This document shows positions 47,021 through 56,596 of a stretch of DNA of 64,000 nt, piece after piece. Below the pieces are notes generated by a model, which was not told the DNA's origin, ran no database searches, and was given only the letters and a program-made list of their open reading frames with translations. The position numbers and the translations under genes are program-made. The stretch's first letter is position 1. Each line of letters begins with the position of its first letter. Origin of the DNA: Clostridia bacterium (GTDB lineage: Bacteria > Bacillota > Clostridia > Oscillospirales > CAG-272); NCBI GenBank assembly GCA_017462485.1, contig JAFTRA010000006.1, positions 1,275 to 65,274 of the forward strand. Direction: 5' to 3'.

Positions 47021-47420
47021 CAAACCGCAGGTTTGGCATACCATCCGATTTTGACGAGCATATCTCGACAAAATCGAGTATATCATCAGCCCTTAAGGGC
47101 TGGATATCATCACGGCATAGCCGTGTATAACTTTTCCTGCGGTTTGATGATATACCGCAACAAGTTGCGGATGATATACAAGACTCCGTCTTGATGATAT
47201 GCAACGGCAAGCCGTTGATTTAGATGCATACCGCTTGTGATATCTTGCGCCATACGTCGTGTCCGACCGACGAATAGCAAATATACAAGGCTTGCGCCTT
47301 GATAATCAAGCAAAGCCAAGTCGTCAAGCTTGCTTGTCAGCGAGGATGCGAAGATTGCTCTGTGAGCGTTGCATTCATGCAACATAGCACATAGTGCCAA
47401 CGCGTTTTGCGTTGAAGCTC
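47021..47420. repeat. Array of about 15 short variable GC-rich hairpins separated by AT-rich spacers carrying a recurring GATGATAT motif
   Basis: Example hairpins are CAAACC-GCA-GGTTTG, AGCCC-TTAA-GGGCT, ACGGC-ATA-GCCGT, CCGCAAC-AA-GTTGCGG, AACGGC-AA-GCCGTT, AAGGC-TTGC-GCCTT, GTTGCAT-TC-ATGCAAC and CAACGC-GTTT-GCGTTG. GATGATAT occurs at 47146, 47170 and 47193. Its reverse complement occurs at about 47079 and 47103. Spacing is mostly 23-24 bp. Confidence 0.6.
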
Positions 47421-47453
47421 ACAAATAGTATTTAATACCAAAGAGGTGATATT

Positions 47454-47795
47454 GTGCCCAAAAACTATTTATTGATATATTCAGAGCAACTTGCAACTGA
47501 AATAGAGCTGCTTTGTCAAAGCATAAAAGCACCGTCAAATACTATGTTCCAAATCCGAAAAAGTTCAAGCAGTATTTACGCTAATATTCGCGAAGCAAAT
47601 TACGGACAGAGTAAGTCTGATATGGTTTCAAAGTTTGAAATTGCTCTAAAAGAATGCAGTGAAACAGAAGGTTGGCTCAAATTGTTATTTAACACTAACG
47701 TCATAGATGAAAAAACATTCAAAAAGTTACGTAATCTTTGCGGTCGCATAAGACGAATGCTGATTTCAAGTTGTAAGACTTTAAAAGAAGCATAA
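47454..47795 (+). CDS. Four-helix-bundle protein (23S rRNA intervening-sequence protein / Avd-like family)
   Basis: The 113-aa helical product contains SSSIYANIREANYGQSKSDMVSKFEIALKECSETEGWLKLL, which matches the family signature (s..aNIaEG......kd...fl.iA.gS..E....l.l). The start is GTG with an AGAGGTGA RBS. Confidence 0.75.
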   Translation: MPKNYLLIYSEQLATEIELLCQSIKAPSNTMFQIRKSSSSIYANIREANYGQSKSDMVSKFEIALKECSETEGWLKLLFNTNVIDEKTFKKLRNLCGRIRRMLISSCKTLKEA

Positions 47796-47811
47796 ACAGG
47801 AAGGTTATACA

Positions 47812-49500
47812 ATGAATTTACTGGGAAAAGCAACCGATCCTGCCTTTTGGTCGGACACGGTTAGAAATAACGATTGCTATAGGGGATATCTTGAAGAAAG
47901 GCACGAGGACTGGAACAAATACTGCGAAAATCAGCCGATAACCGAGGCAAAATACAAGGATTTCAAGCAGTTCTTCGTCACGGGTGACAGAAGCGCATTT
48001 GAGAGCGTGTACTTCTTCCGCAGAGCGCAGCTTGCGACATCGGCTGTTATGGCGCTTATTTATCCCGAAGAGGAAAAGTACATAGATTTCCTTAACGATA
48101 TAATCTTTGCTATATGCAACGAATATACCTGGAGCGTTTCGGCTCATCACCCGAAGCTTGAGGCTTACGATAAGACGTTTATTGACCTTTTTGCCGCTGA
48201 AACTGGATTTGCCCTCGCTGAAATATACACTATTTTCGGCGATAGGCTGGATACTCTGATAAGAGAACGTATAAGGGTCGAAATAAACGAACGAATTATA
48301 GACTCGTTTATGAGCGAGAGATACTTCTGGTGGGAGAAGAGATGCACTAACAACTGGACCGCTGTTTGCGGGGGCTCTGTCGGCGCGACGTTTATGCTTA
48401 TGCGCCCCGAGCTGTTCCCTACGGTTAAGCCGAGGCTCGACAAGCTTATGGAAGCCTTTCTTTCGGGCTTCTGCTCTGACGGATACTGCCTTGAGGGTAC
48501 GAGCTACTGGCACTACGGCTTCGGATACTTTATTACCTATGCGGATATGTTAAAAATCTTTACGGGCGGAAACGAGGACTATTTCAGGCTTGAAAAGGTA
48601 AAGAATATAGCGACGTTCCTTCAAAAAATGTTCCTTACGGAAAAGTGCGCCGTATCCTTTGCCGACGGCGAATCTACTCTTAGATATCATATAGGAATAC
48701 TGCACTACCTCAAAAAGCTTTACCCAAGTGACGTCAAGGTATATTCCCCGAAACTTTCCTATTACAGAGACGCTTGCTTCCGCTTTGCGCTTCTTCTTCG
48801 CTCGGCTACGTGGCTTGACGAGGATATTTATAACAATCCCGAGCCCGACGGAAATGACGCCGAGTACTATGCCGAGGAATCAAAGTGGTACGTTAAGAGA
48901 AACGAAAGCTACGGTTTTGCCGCCAAGGCGGGATTCAACAACGAGCATCATAATCACAATGACGTCGGCACGTTCATATTCGCAAAATGCGGAAAGCAGC
49001 TCATAACCGATATGGGCAAGGGCGTTTATTCGAAGCAATATTTCAGAAAAGAGACGAGATATTCCTCGTTCATTGAATGCTCCTCTATGGGACATAGCGT
49101 ACCATATTTTGACGGTATCGAACAGAAGTTCGGAGATGAATACTCGGCAAGCGACGTTAAATATTCTAAAGACTGCTTATCTATGGATATCGCAGGAGCT
49201 TACGGTGATGAGAGAATAAGGAGCGTGAAGCGAGTATTTCTTGCAAAAAATGACAGCGTTACTGTAAGGGATTCTTTCGACGTAAGCGACGGAATAGGTA
49301 TAACCGAAAGACTCGTTTCCCTTTATCAGCCAAAGATTCTTGACGGCTCCGTTAAAATCGAGTCGTGCGAGATATTCTTTGATAAAAGCGTCTGCGACGT
49401 GGCTTGCACAAAGACCGAAAAGAGTGACGGTAAGTCGGTTTATCTTATCGACTTTAAGATTCGGGCTGGCGAGCGAGCATTTGAAATTACAATTAAATAA
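47812..49500 (+). CDS. Heparinase II/III-like family protein (putative polysaccharide lyase)
   Basis: The 562-aa product has an alpha/alpha-toroid-like N-terminal half. The central motif is NNEHHNHNDVGTFIF, matching the H.H.D.G.F motif typical of the family. Confidence 0.7.
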   Translation: MNLLGKATDPAFWSDTVRNNDCYRGYLEERHEDWNKYCENQPITEAKYKDFKQFFVTGDRSAFESVYFFRRAQLATSAVMALIYPEEEKYIDFLNDIIFAICNEYTWSVSAHHPKLEAYDKTFIDLFAAETGFALAEIYTIFGDRLDTLIRERIRVEINERIIDSFMSERYFWWEKRCTNNWTAVCGGSVGATFMLMRPELFPTVKPRLDKLMEAFLSGFCSDGYCLEGTSYWHYGFGYFITYADMLKIFTGGNEDYFRLEKVKNIATFLQKMFLTEKCAVSFADGESTLRYHIGILHYLKKLYPSDVKVYSPKLSYYRDACFRFALLLRSATWLDEDIYNNPEPDGNDAEYYAEESKWYVKRNESYGFAAKAGFNNEHHNHNDVGTFIFAKCGKQLITDMGKGVYSKQYFRKETRYSSFIECSSMGHSVPYFDGIEQKFGDEYSASDVKYSKDCLSMDIAGAYGDERIRSVKRVFLAKNDSVTVRDSFDVSDGIGITERLVSLYQPKILDGSVKIESCEIFFDKSVCDVACTKTEKSDGKSVYLIDFKIRAGERAFEITIK

Positions 49501-49529
49501 CCGTATAATCGGATTTTAATAAAAAACAT

Positions 49530-49557
49530 GGTCGAGCATTACGTTCGACCTTGTTTT
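49530..49557 (+). terminator. Terminator after the heparinase-like gene
   Basis: The hairpin is GGTCGA-loop-TCGACC, followed by TTGTTTT. Confidence 0.55.
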
Positions 49558-49598
49558 CTGTTATGTTTTTGTTTTTTGCTATGGAAAATTGACCTTTA

Positions 49599-50747
49599 TC
49601 AATAATCCATACAAGAATAAACTATGTTACGGAGTCTTGGGATAACCGTACCGTGAAGGCTTCCCATATGCTCTGCGTGGAAAATCGAGATTCCCGACTC
49701 GGGGCAGGATGATATGTACGCAAGTCTTGCGCCGTCCCAGCCGAATTCACCTACGGGCATAAGGTTTCCTCCCTCCTCGGGGTGCATATTCGTTCTTACG
49801 CCGTAGCCGTAGCCATAGCCTTTAACCTGCGCTATTTTGTTAAACGACTTGTACTGAACGTCATCGAGAATATTGGTGCGCATAAGGTTGGTTGCGTACG
49901 AGGAAAGTATTCTGTTTCCGTTCTTACCTACGCCGAGGTGAGTGAGAGCGTCAGCCAGAAGAATCTGGTCGTCAACGCATGAGATAAGTCCCGCTCCACC
50001 GCTGTCGTATTCTGTTCCGAAGACAAACGGGTTGTAGTCCTTTGACACTTCCTTTGCGGATTTGGTTTCCGAATCGTAGAGATACTGCGTAGCAAGTCTT
50101 TCAAGCTTACTGTCGGTAAGACCGAACGAGGTGTTCTTCATACCGAGGGGCTCGAATATATTTTCCTTCATATACTCGGAGAGTCTTTTTCCTGATACAA
50201 GTTCAATAATACCGCCTATGATATCAAGGCAAAGGCTGTACTGATAATTCGTTCCGGGCTCAAAGTTAAATGGGTCTTCTGCAAGGGCGCGAACGATATC
50301 AAGAGTCGGAGCTTTTCCGCCCGTTTCCGCCTTTACTCTTCTGATTCCAGGACGGTTAAGGTTATAGTCAAGTCCGCCGGTCATTGAAAGCAGGTGCTTT
50401 ATAAGAAGCTGATTTTTCGCAGGTCTTATTTCCTCTGTTCCGTCGGGATTTTTGACCCTTACGTTGATATTTTTGTACTCAGGGAAATAGGCGCTGACGG
50501 GGTCGGTTATCATAATTTCACCGCGCTCTATAAGCTGGGTTGCCGCAACGCAGGTCGATACCTTCGTTACTGAATACATATGGTAAAGCGCATCGGGGCG
50601 TACGGGAGTTTTCTCTGCTATGCTGTCATATCCGCTCTGATAGCGGAAAACCTCCTCGCGTCCTTTGTAAATCACCGTATCAGAGCCCGGTATGCCAAGC
50701 ATGGGAAGGCAGGTGTCAAGAAATTCCTTAAGCGGTCCAAAATTCAT
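49599..50747 (-). CDS. Serine hydrolase of the beta-lactamase (class C / esterase) family
   Basis: The SxxK motif is YSVTKV. The protein is 382 aa with a family-typical layout. Confidence 0.75.
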   Translation of the reverse strand: MNFGPLKEFLDTCLPMLGIPGSDTVIYKGREEVFRYQSGYDSIAEKTPVRPDALYHMYSVTKVSTCVAATQLIERGEIMITDPVSAYFPEYKNINVRVKNPDGTEEIRPAKNQLLIKHLLSMTGGLDYNLNRPGIRRVKAETGGKAPTLDIVRALAEDPFNFEPGTNYQYSLCLDIIGGIIELVSGKRLSEYMKENIFEPLGMKNTSFGLTDSKLERLATQYLYDSETKSAKEVSKDYNPFVFGTEYDSGGAGLISCVDDQILLADALTHLGVGKNGNRILSSYATNLMRTNILDDVQYKSFNKIAQVKGYGYGYGVRTNMHPEEGGNLMPVGEFGWDGARLAYISSCPESGISIFHAEHMGSLHGTVIPRLRNIVYSCMDY

Positions 50748-50786
50748 TTTATTTTCTCCTTTTACATAAAGCTAATAACTTCAAAA

Positions 50787-53189
50787 TCAATGCTTCAGTT
50801 CAATAACGGTTACGCCTGCGTCACCGTCGCCGTATTCGGCGTGACGGTAGGTTTTAATCCTTTTATCCGTCTTGAAATATTTCCAAAGCGCAGCTCTTAA
50901 TGCGCCCGTTCCCTTGCCGTGTATAATTCTTACCGACGGAACGTTTGCCAAAATGGCATCGTCGAGGTATTTATCTACCACAAACCAAGCATCGTCTCCT
51001 ATCATTCCTCGAACGTCAACCTCAATTCTAAATTCGGATACGATAGAGCGTTTGACCTTTCCCTCGCTCACGGGAGAGGGGCGTTTCTTTTCTTTAAATT
51101 TGGTATTGCCCTCAATAAGACGGAGCTTATCCTCTGTAACCTTGGTTTTTAAAATTCCCGCGCTGACGGCTATAAGACCTTTTTTATCAGCAAGAGCGGT
51201 AACCACGCCCTCGGTGCCTACAGTAACGACGTAAACCTTGTCTCCAACGCGAAGAGGGCGCGGAAGCTTATATTCCTCGTCAAGAGAAAATTCCTTGACC
51301 GAAATGCCCGAATACATATCGTCGGAAGCACGAAGACTTTCTCTTACGGCATCCCTTGCTTCAAGCATCAGCTTATCTCGCAAAGCTTTATCCTCGGCAC
51401 GCTTAACCTCTTCAAGCTGTCTGAATATAAACTCGCTTGAAGCTCTGGCACTATCCAAAATCTGCCTAGCTTTAAGTAGGGTTTTTTGGGTTTCATCCTC
51501 GCTCTTTGAGATTTTCTTTTTCAATTCTTCTTCAGATGTGCGTTTGAAATTCTCGTACTCTGCGCGAAGTCTTTCGGCTTCCTCTCTTGCCGCTTCCATC
51601 TTCATTCTATCGTTATCAAGACGCTCTATAACGTCCTCAAAGCGTTTATTATCTCTTGCTATAAGCTCTCCTGCGCGCTCTATAACGTCCTCCGGAATTC
51701 CAAGCTTTTCGGATATTGCGAAGGCATTCGATTTACCCGGTGTTCCCACTATCAGCTTATAGGTGGGGCGAAGAGTATCGATATTAAACTCGCACGACGC
51801 ATTTTGCACACGGGGGGTATCCAAGGCGTAAGCCTTAAGCTCAGCATAGTGCGTAGTAGCAAGACAAAGAGCACCGAGCTTTTGCGTTTTTTCAAGAATT
51901 GCTATTGCAAGCGCAGCGCCCTCGATAGGGTCTGTTCCCGAGCCCAGCTCATCAAAGAGCACCATTGTATGAGGTCCAAGCTTTCCGAGTATATCGACAA
52001 CGTTAACCATATGCGACGAGAAGGTTGAGAGCGATGCCTCAATGCTCTGCTCGTCTCCTATATCAACGAGAACTCCGTCAAAAACTCCTACCTCGGAATT
52101 TTCGAGCGCAGGTATTTGAAGTCCGGACTGCGCCATAAGAGTGAGAAGCCCGACGGTTTTTAAGGATACGGTTTTACCGCCCGTATTAGGTCCTGTTATA
52201 ACCAGGGTATCGTATCCATCTCCTACTGCTACGTCAATCGGCACTACCTTATCCTTATCAAGCAGAGGGTGCCTTGCTTTCTTCAAATCAACACGTCTTG
52301 CGGTGGTTATTTTGGGCATTTCGGCTTTCATCGAAATAGCGAGCGATGCGCAAGCAAAGACAAATGCTATTTCGGTTATATTATGATAATTCAAGGTTAT
52401 AACAGACGACGCTTCGGATACCTCTTGCGAAAGAGATGCTAAAATTCTCTCTATTTCGTATTTTTCCTTTGCCGCGAGGCTTTTAAGCTCGTTATTCGCA
52501 TCAACTACCGCCATTGGCTCTATAAAAAGCGTTGCGCCTGATGAAGAGGTATCGTGAACAAGTCCCTTCATTTCATTTCTGTATTCAGCCTTTACCGGCA
52601 CAACGTAACGCCCGTTACGCATAGTAACGAGATTTTCCTGCAAATATTTAAGCTTATTTCCCCCGATATAGCTCTGGAGAGTATCTTTAATTTTATTGTT
52701 TGCCTGACGTATTTTACGTCTTATATCGGCAAGCTCCACGCTCGCCTCGTCTGCTATCATATCCTCGGAGAGAATAGATTTCTTTATTTTGTTCTCAAGG
52801 TTTCTTGATACGAGTATCCTGCCAAAAAGCTCATCAAGCGATGTATCAAAGGTTTTATCCGTTGATATATAATCACACAGTGACCTTGCGCTATACAAAA
52901 GCGACGCCACGTCTAGAAGCTCGCGCGGTGAAAGCACTGCGCCCTTATAAGCTCTTTCTGCCGACGGAACTACGCTTTCAGGAGCGGAAAACGAGGGATA
53001 ACCCTTTGCGTTTATAAGTCGCTTTGCGTCATCGGTACGTCTTTGACGCATAACCACCGTATCGTAATCGTCGGTAGGCACGAGCGAAAGAGCCTTTGCC
53101 GCAGCTCCCTCGGTAGCTGCCATTTCGGCAAGGCTTTCCACTATTTTATCGTATTCAAGAGTCGATAGCGTTTTCTCGGTAAAATGCAT
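50787..53189 (-). CDS. mutS2: Endonuclease MutS2
   Basis: Walker A is GPNTGGKTV. Also present are FDELGSGTDP, a long coiled-coil region and a C-terminal Smr domain (VRIIHGKGTGALR). Confidence 0.95.
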   Translation of the reverse strand: MHFTEKTLSTLEYDKIVESLAEMAATEGAAAKALSLVPTDDYDTVVMRQRRTDDAKRLINAKGYPSFSAPESVVPSAERAYKGAVLSPRELLDVASLLYSARSLCDYISTDKTFDTSLDELFGRILVSRNLENKIKKSILSEDMIADEASVELADIRRKIRQANNKIKDTLQSYIGGNKLKYLQENLVTMRNGRYVVPVKAEYRNEMKGLVHDTSSSGATLFIEPMAVVDANNELKSLAAKEKYEIERILASLSQEVSEASSVITLNYHNITEIAFVFACASLAISMKAEMPKITTARRVDLKKARHPLLDKDKVVPIDVAVGDGYDTLVITGPNTGGKTVSLKTVGLLTLMAQSGLQIPALENSEVGVFDGVLVDIGDEQSIEASLSTFSSHMVNVVDILGKLGPHTMVLFDELGSGTDPIEGAALAIAILEKTQKLGALCLATTHYAELKAYALDTPRVQNASCEFNIDTLRPTYKLIVGTPGKSNAFAISEKLGIPEDVIERAGELIARDNKRFEDVIERLDNDRMKMEAAREEAERLRAEYENFKRTSEEELKKKISKSEDETQKTLLKARQILDSARASSEFIFRQLEEVKRAEDKALRDKLMLEARDAVRESLRASDDMYSGISVKEFSLDEEYKLPRPLRVGDKVYVVTVGTEGVVTALADKKGLIAVSAGILKTKVTEDKLRLIEGNTKFKEKKRPSPVSEGKVKRSIVSEFRIEVDVRGMIGDDAWFVVDKYLDDAILANVPSVRIIHGKGTGALRAALWKYFKTDKRIKTYRHAEYGDGDAGVTVIELKH

Positions 53190-53965
53190 CAGCGTTTAAC
53201 CTCTTTATAAAATTCAAGTGATTTGAACGAGCGCTCAAGCTGGTTTACTATATATTCCTCGGTTGCGCGCTCAAGAATTGACATATCCTCGTCGGATATA
53301 CCAAAAGCAAAAATTCTTTCTATCGGGCTGTGAACAAGATAACCGAGGGCAATTTTTGCCCCCTCTGAGAGAATTGTCACAATGCTTCTGTGACCGTCAT
53401 CGGCTATATCCATATGCGTAAGCTGCGCCTTTTTGCGACAGGCGGCGCACTGTATATTTCCCCCCATTATATCGAAGAAGAAATCACCGTGAGTTGCATC
53501 ACAGTCACGGCAGGTAAGCACCTCGGGCATAAATCCTATTATTGAAGTTGCTCGAATCTCAAACGCCGCCTTTATCTTCCCAAGCGGATATTTTTTTTCT
53601 GAAATCGCATACAAGGAATTAAGCGCAAGACGAAGCAATTCACCCTCTGCCTCCTCAGTCGTAACGTCGGAAAGCACCTCTACGATATATCCCGCAAGGC
53701 TTAAGCCCTCTATGGTGTCACGAAGCCCGAAAAAGCTCTCTATAAGATTGCTCTCACGCACCCAATACTTGTCCCCTTTTTTAAAAAGGACAAGAGTTGA
53801 ATAGCAAAACTGCTGGGTTGCGGACATATTTCTGTTTTTAAGTGAGCGCGCTCCCTTTACAAGAGCGCTGACAGTACCCATTTCCTTGGTGAATACGGTT
53901 ATGAGCCTATCAGCTTCCCCAAGATTCACGCTTCGCAAAACAAGTCCTGTCACTTCGGTCAGCAT
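53189..53965 (-). CDS. recO: DNA repair protein RecO
   Basis: It has an N-terminal OB fold (GLVLRSVNLGEADRLITVFT) and a Cys4 zinc motif (C..C...C..C). It sits in the conserved position downstream of era. Confidence 0.88.
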   Translation of the reverse strand: MLTEVTGLVLRSVNLGEADRLITVFTKEMGTVSALVKGARSLKNRNMSATQQFCYSTLVLFKKGDKYWVRESNLIESFFGLRDTIEGLSLAGYIVEVLSDVTTEEAEGELLRLALNSLYAISEKKYPLGKIKAAFEIRATSIIGFMPEVLTCRDCDATHGDFFFDIMGGNIQCAACRKKAQLTHMDIADDGHRSIVTILSEGAKIALGYLVHSPIERIFAFGISDEDMSILERATEEYIVNQLERSFKSLEFYKEVKR

Positions 53966-53966
53966 A

Positions 53967-54851
53967 TTAGTCCTCTCTGTATCCGAGATTAGCTATATTG
54001 AAATCGCTCTCGCGCCAATTTTCTTTAACTCTTACATAGAGGTCAAGAAATACCTTGGTGTCAAGAAGATTTTCTATATCCTCTCTCGCATAGCTTCCGA
54101 TTCTCTTTATTGAAGAACCGTTTTTACCTATAATAATTCCCTTGTGGGTAGCCTTTTCGCAATAAATCTCGGCTCTTATCGAAACAGTTCCCTTTTTCTC
54201 TTTCCAATCCTCAATAACAACCGCCGTTCCGTGAGGAATTTCCTCGTCAAGCGTGCGAAGAAGCTTTTCTCTGATTATCTCCGCTACCATCTGACGCTCG
54301 GGCTGGTCGGTAACTATTTCGTCGGAGAAGAACCAATTACTCTCGTTAAGATATCTTCTGCACTCCTCTACGACTATATCAACGCCCTTACCGTTCTTTG
54401 CGCTGATTGGAACTACGCTATCAAACTCAAAGACGTCGGAATACGCCTTGATGGTTTTTGCTATATTTTCGGGACGAACGGTATCTATTTTGTTAATTAC
54501 GAGAACCGCGCCTACCCCTCTTGACTTTATGCCCTTTATGATTTCGGCTTCAATATCACCTACCTCTTCACGAGCTTCGATAACGAGTATTACTCCGTCA
54601 ACTCCACCTATTGTATCGTTAGTCGTTTTTACCATAAAATCGCCAAGCTTGGTTCTCGGCTTATGGAGTCCCGGGGTATCGAGGAATACGAACTGCTCCT
54701 CACCTACCGTATGTATTCCCGTAATTCTGTTTCTCGTGGTCTGGGGCTTTTTCGAAACTATTGCAACCTTCTCGCCGATTATTGAGTTGAGAAGGGTCGA
54801 TTTTCCTACGTTAGGACGTCCTACTATTGCTACAAATCCTGTCTTTGTCAT
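53967..54851 (-). CDS. era: GTPase Era
   Basis: G1 is GRPNVGKSTL, G3 is DTPG and G4 is NKID. A C-terminal KH domain is present. Confidence 0.96.
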   Translation of the reverse strand: MTKTGFVAIVGRPNVGKSTLLNSIIGEKVAIVSKKPQTTRNRITGIHTVGEEQFVFLDTPGLHKPRTKLGDFMVKTTNDTIGGVDGVILVIEAREEVGDIEAEIIKGIKSRGVGAVLVINKIDTVRPENIAKTIKAYSDVFEFDSVVPISAKNGKGVDIVVEECRRYLNESNWFFSDEIVTDQPERQMVAEIIREKLLRTLDEEIPHGTAVVIEDWKEKKGTVSIRAEIYCEKATHKGIIIGKNGSSIKRIGSYAREDIENLLDTKVFLDLYVRVKENWRESDFNIANLGYRED

Positions 54852-54938
54852 TGTTTTCTCCTTGTTTCTTTACAAAAGCGATAAGTGCCTAAAGCACTGA
54901 AAATGCGGGCTTCAGGGCGAACTATATTATCCCGCTCT

Positions 54939-55415
54939 CTACTTGATACCGAGCGTATCTATTACAGCTCTCTGTATTCTGCACTGAAGCTCGTCCTCTT
55001 CCTCGCTACGCTCGTGGTCATATCCCAAAAGATGAAGCGTTGAATGAACGGTAAGAAAGGCAACCTCTCTTATAAAGCTATTTCCAAGCTCTGCCGCTTG
55101 CTCCGCTGCGCGCGGCACGGAAATGACTATATCGCCGAGCGCTGCTCCAAGCGCACACTCCTCGGGGTCAAACTCACCGTTATCGTAAAGCGGGAATGAG
55201 AGAACGTCCGTCGCTCTGTCAACACCCCTATACTGCTTATTCAAGGCGTGAATATACTCTGCGGAGCACAGAGTTACGGATACCTCAGCCGAATATTCAA
55301 AATTTTCATACGCAAGAGTAGCAAGAATGGCAGCTCTTATTGCGCTTTTAAGCTCGTAGCTTATTTCTTCAAATTTTTCGGTTGCGGCAAAATTTATATA
55401 AAGCTCTCTTTCCAT
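54939..55415 (-). CDS. ybeY: rRNA maturation RNase YbeY
   Basis: The zinc motif is HSTLHLLGYDH. Confidence 0.93.
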   Translation of the reverse strand: MERELYINFAATEKFEEISYELKSAIRAAILATLAYENFEYSAEVSVTLCSAEYIHALNKQYRGVDRATDVLSFPLYDNGEFDPEECALGAALGDIVISVPRAAEQAAELGNSFIREVAFLTVHSTLHLLGYDHERSEEEDELQCRIQRAVIDTLGIK

Positions 55416-55418
55416 TTT

Positions 55419-56435
55419 TTATTCTCCGTCATTTTTTATTTTGGCGCGGTACTTTTTGGAAGCTTGGTTCTTTTCGTACTTTTCATACGCGCCGATAATT
55501 TTTCTCACAAGATGGTGACGAACTACGTCTCTGTCGGTAAACTTGAATATTGATATTCCCTCTATTCCGTCGAGGACTGCCGTAGCTATCGCAAGACCGC
55601 TCTTTTTTCCAAACGGAAGGTCGGTTTGCGAAAGGTCGCCCGTTACTACCGCCTTTGAGTTATATCCAAGGCGGGTTAAGAACATTTTCATCTGCTCGGG
55701 AGTGGTGTTCTGCGCTTCGTCGAGAATAATAAACGAATCGTCAAGCGTTCTTCCTCTCATATAGGCAAGCGGCGCAATTTCTATTACTCCGCGCTCGATG
55801 TATTTCTGATAATTCTCAGCTCCGAGCATTTCGAAAAGCGAATCGTAAAGCGGGCGGAGATAAGGGTCTATCTTACTCTGCAAATCACCCGGCAAAAATC
55901 CAAGCCGCTCACCTGCTTCAACCGCAGGTCTCGTAAGAATTATTCTGGAAACGGTTTTGTTGCGAAGAGCCTCTACCGCCATAGCGACGGCAAGGAAGGT
56001 CTTACCCGTTCCCGCAGGACCTATACCGAGAATAACAGTGTTATTCTTTATGGAATCTATATACTTTTTCTGACCTATGGTTTTTGCTTTTATGGGCTTG
56101 CCGCGGTTAGTAACGCAAATAACGCTTCCGGTATGGCACATTCCCTCGGTATCAAGTCCGTCACGGGCAAGACCTATTACGTACTCAACGCTCTCCTGAC
56201 CGATAACCTCACCGTCGCCTATCATACGCTTAAGATATTCAAGAGTCTTCACCGCAAGCGAGGCGTTATCGCTATCACCCGATACCACGATAGCGTCGCC
56301 CGAATCGGTATCAGAGTTCCTGTTTGACAGCTTTACGTCAAAGGCAGCTTCTATAAGCTTTGCGTTTGCGTCAAACGCTCCGAAAAGCGCCATTGTCGCC
56401 TCATTCGATTTTGTCATTACTATCTTTTCCGCCAT
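55419..56435 (-). CDS. phoH: PhoH-family ATPase
   Basis: Walker A is GPAGTGKTFLA and Walker B is IILDEAQN. The start was set at the ATG at 56435, which has a GGAGA RBS. Confidence 0.9.
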   Translation of the reverse strand: MAEKIVMTKSNEATMALFGAFDANAKLIEAAFDVKLSNRNSDTDSGDAIVVSGDSDNASLAVKTLEYLKRMIGDGEVIGQESVEYVIGLARDGLDTEGMCHTGSVICVTNRGKPIKAKTIGQKKYIDSIKNNTVILGIGPAGTGKTFLAVAMAVEALRNKTVSRIILTRPAVEAGERLGFLPGDLQSKIDPYLRPLYDSLFEMLGAENYQKYIERGVIEIAPLAYMRGRTLDDSFIILDEAQNTTPEQMKMFLTRLGYNSKAVVTGDLSQTDLPFGKKSGLAIATAVLDGIEGISIFKFTDRDVVRHHLVRKIIGAYEKYEKNQASKKYRAKIKNDGE

Positions 56436-56596
56436 ATTATCTCCATTCTGTCGCCATAGGCGACCGAGTAAAAGGTTAATGAATTTTCGGTATCGCTTTC
56501 GCGACGATTTTGAGTAAGGGTCCAAATCACGAAAATTCGCTGCGTGAATAACCGTAAGTCCTAAAATCATATATGACTGATTTTCACGCTATCTCC

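Noticed and set aside
47021-47420. A CRISPR array.
   Set aside because: There is no conserved 25-40-bp direct repeat. The recurring unit is only an 8-mer, the palindromes all differ, and no cas genes are present in the window.
47454-47795. A diversity-generating retroelement, considered because of the Avd-like four-helix-bundle protein.
   Set aside because: No reverse transcriptase ORF and no template/variable repeat pair is detectable in the window.
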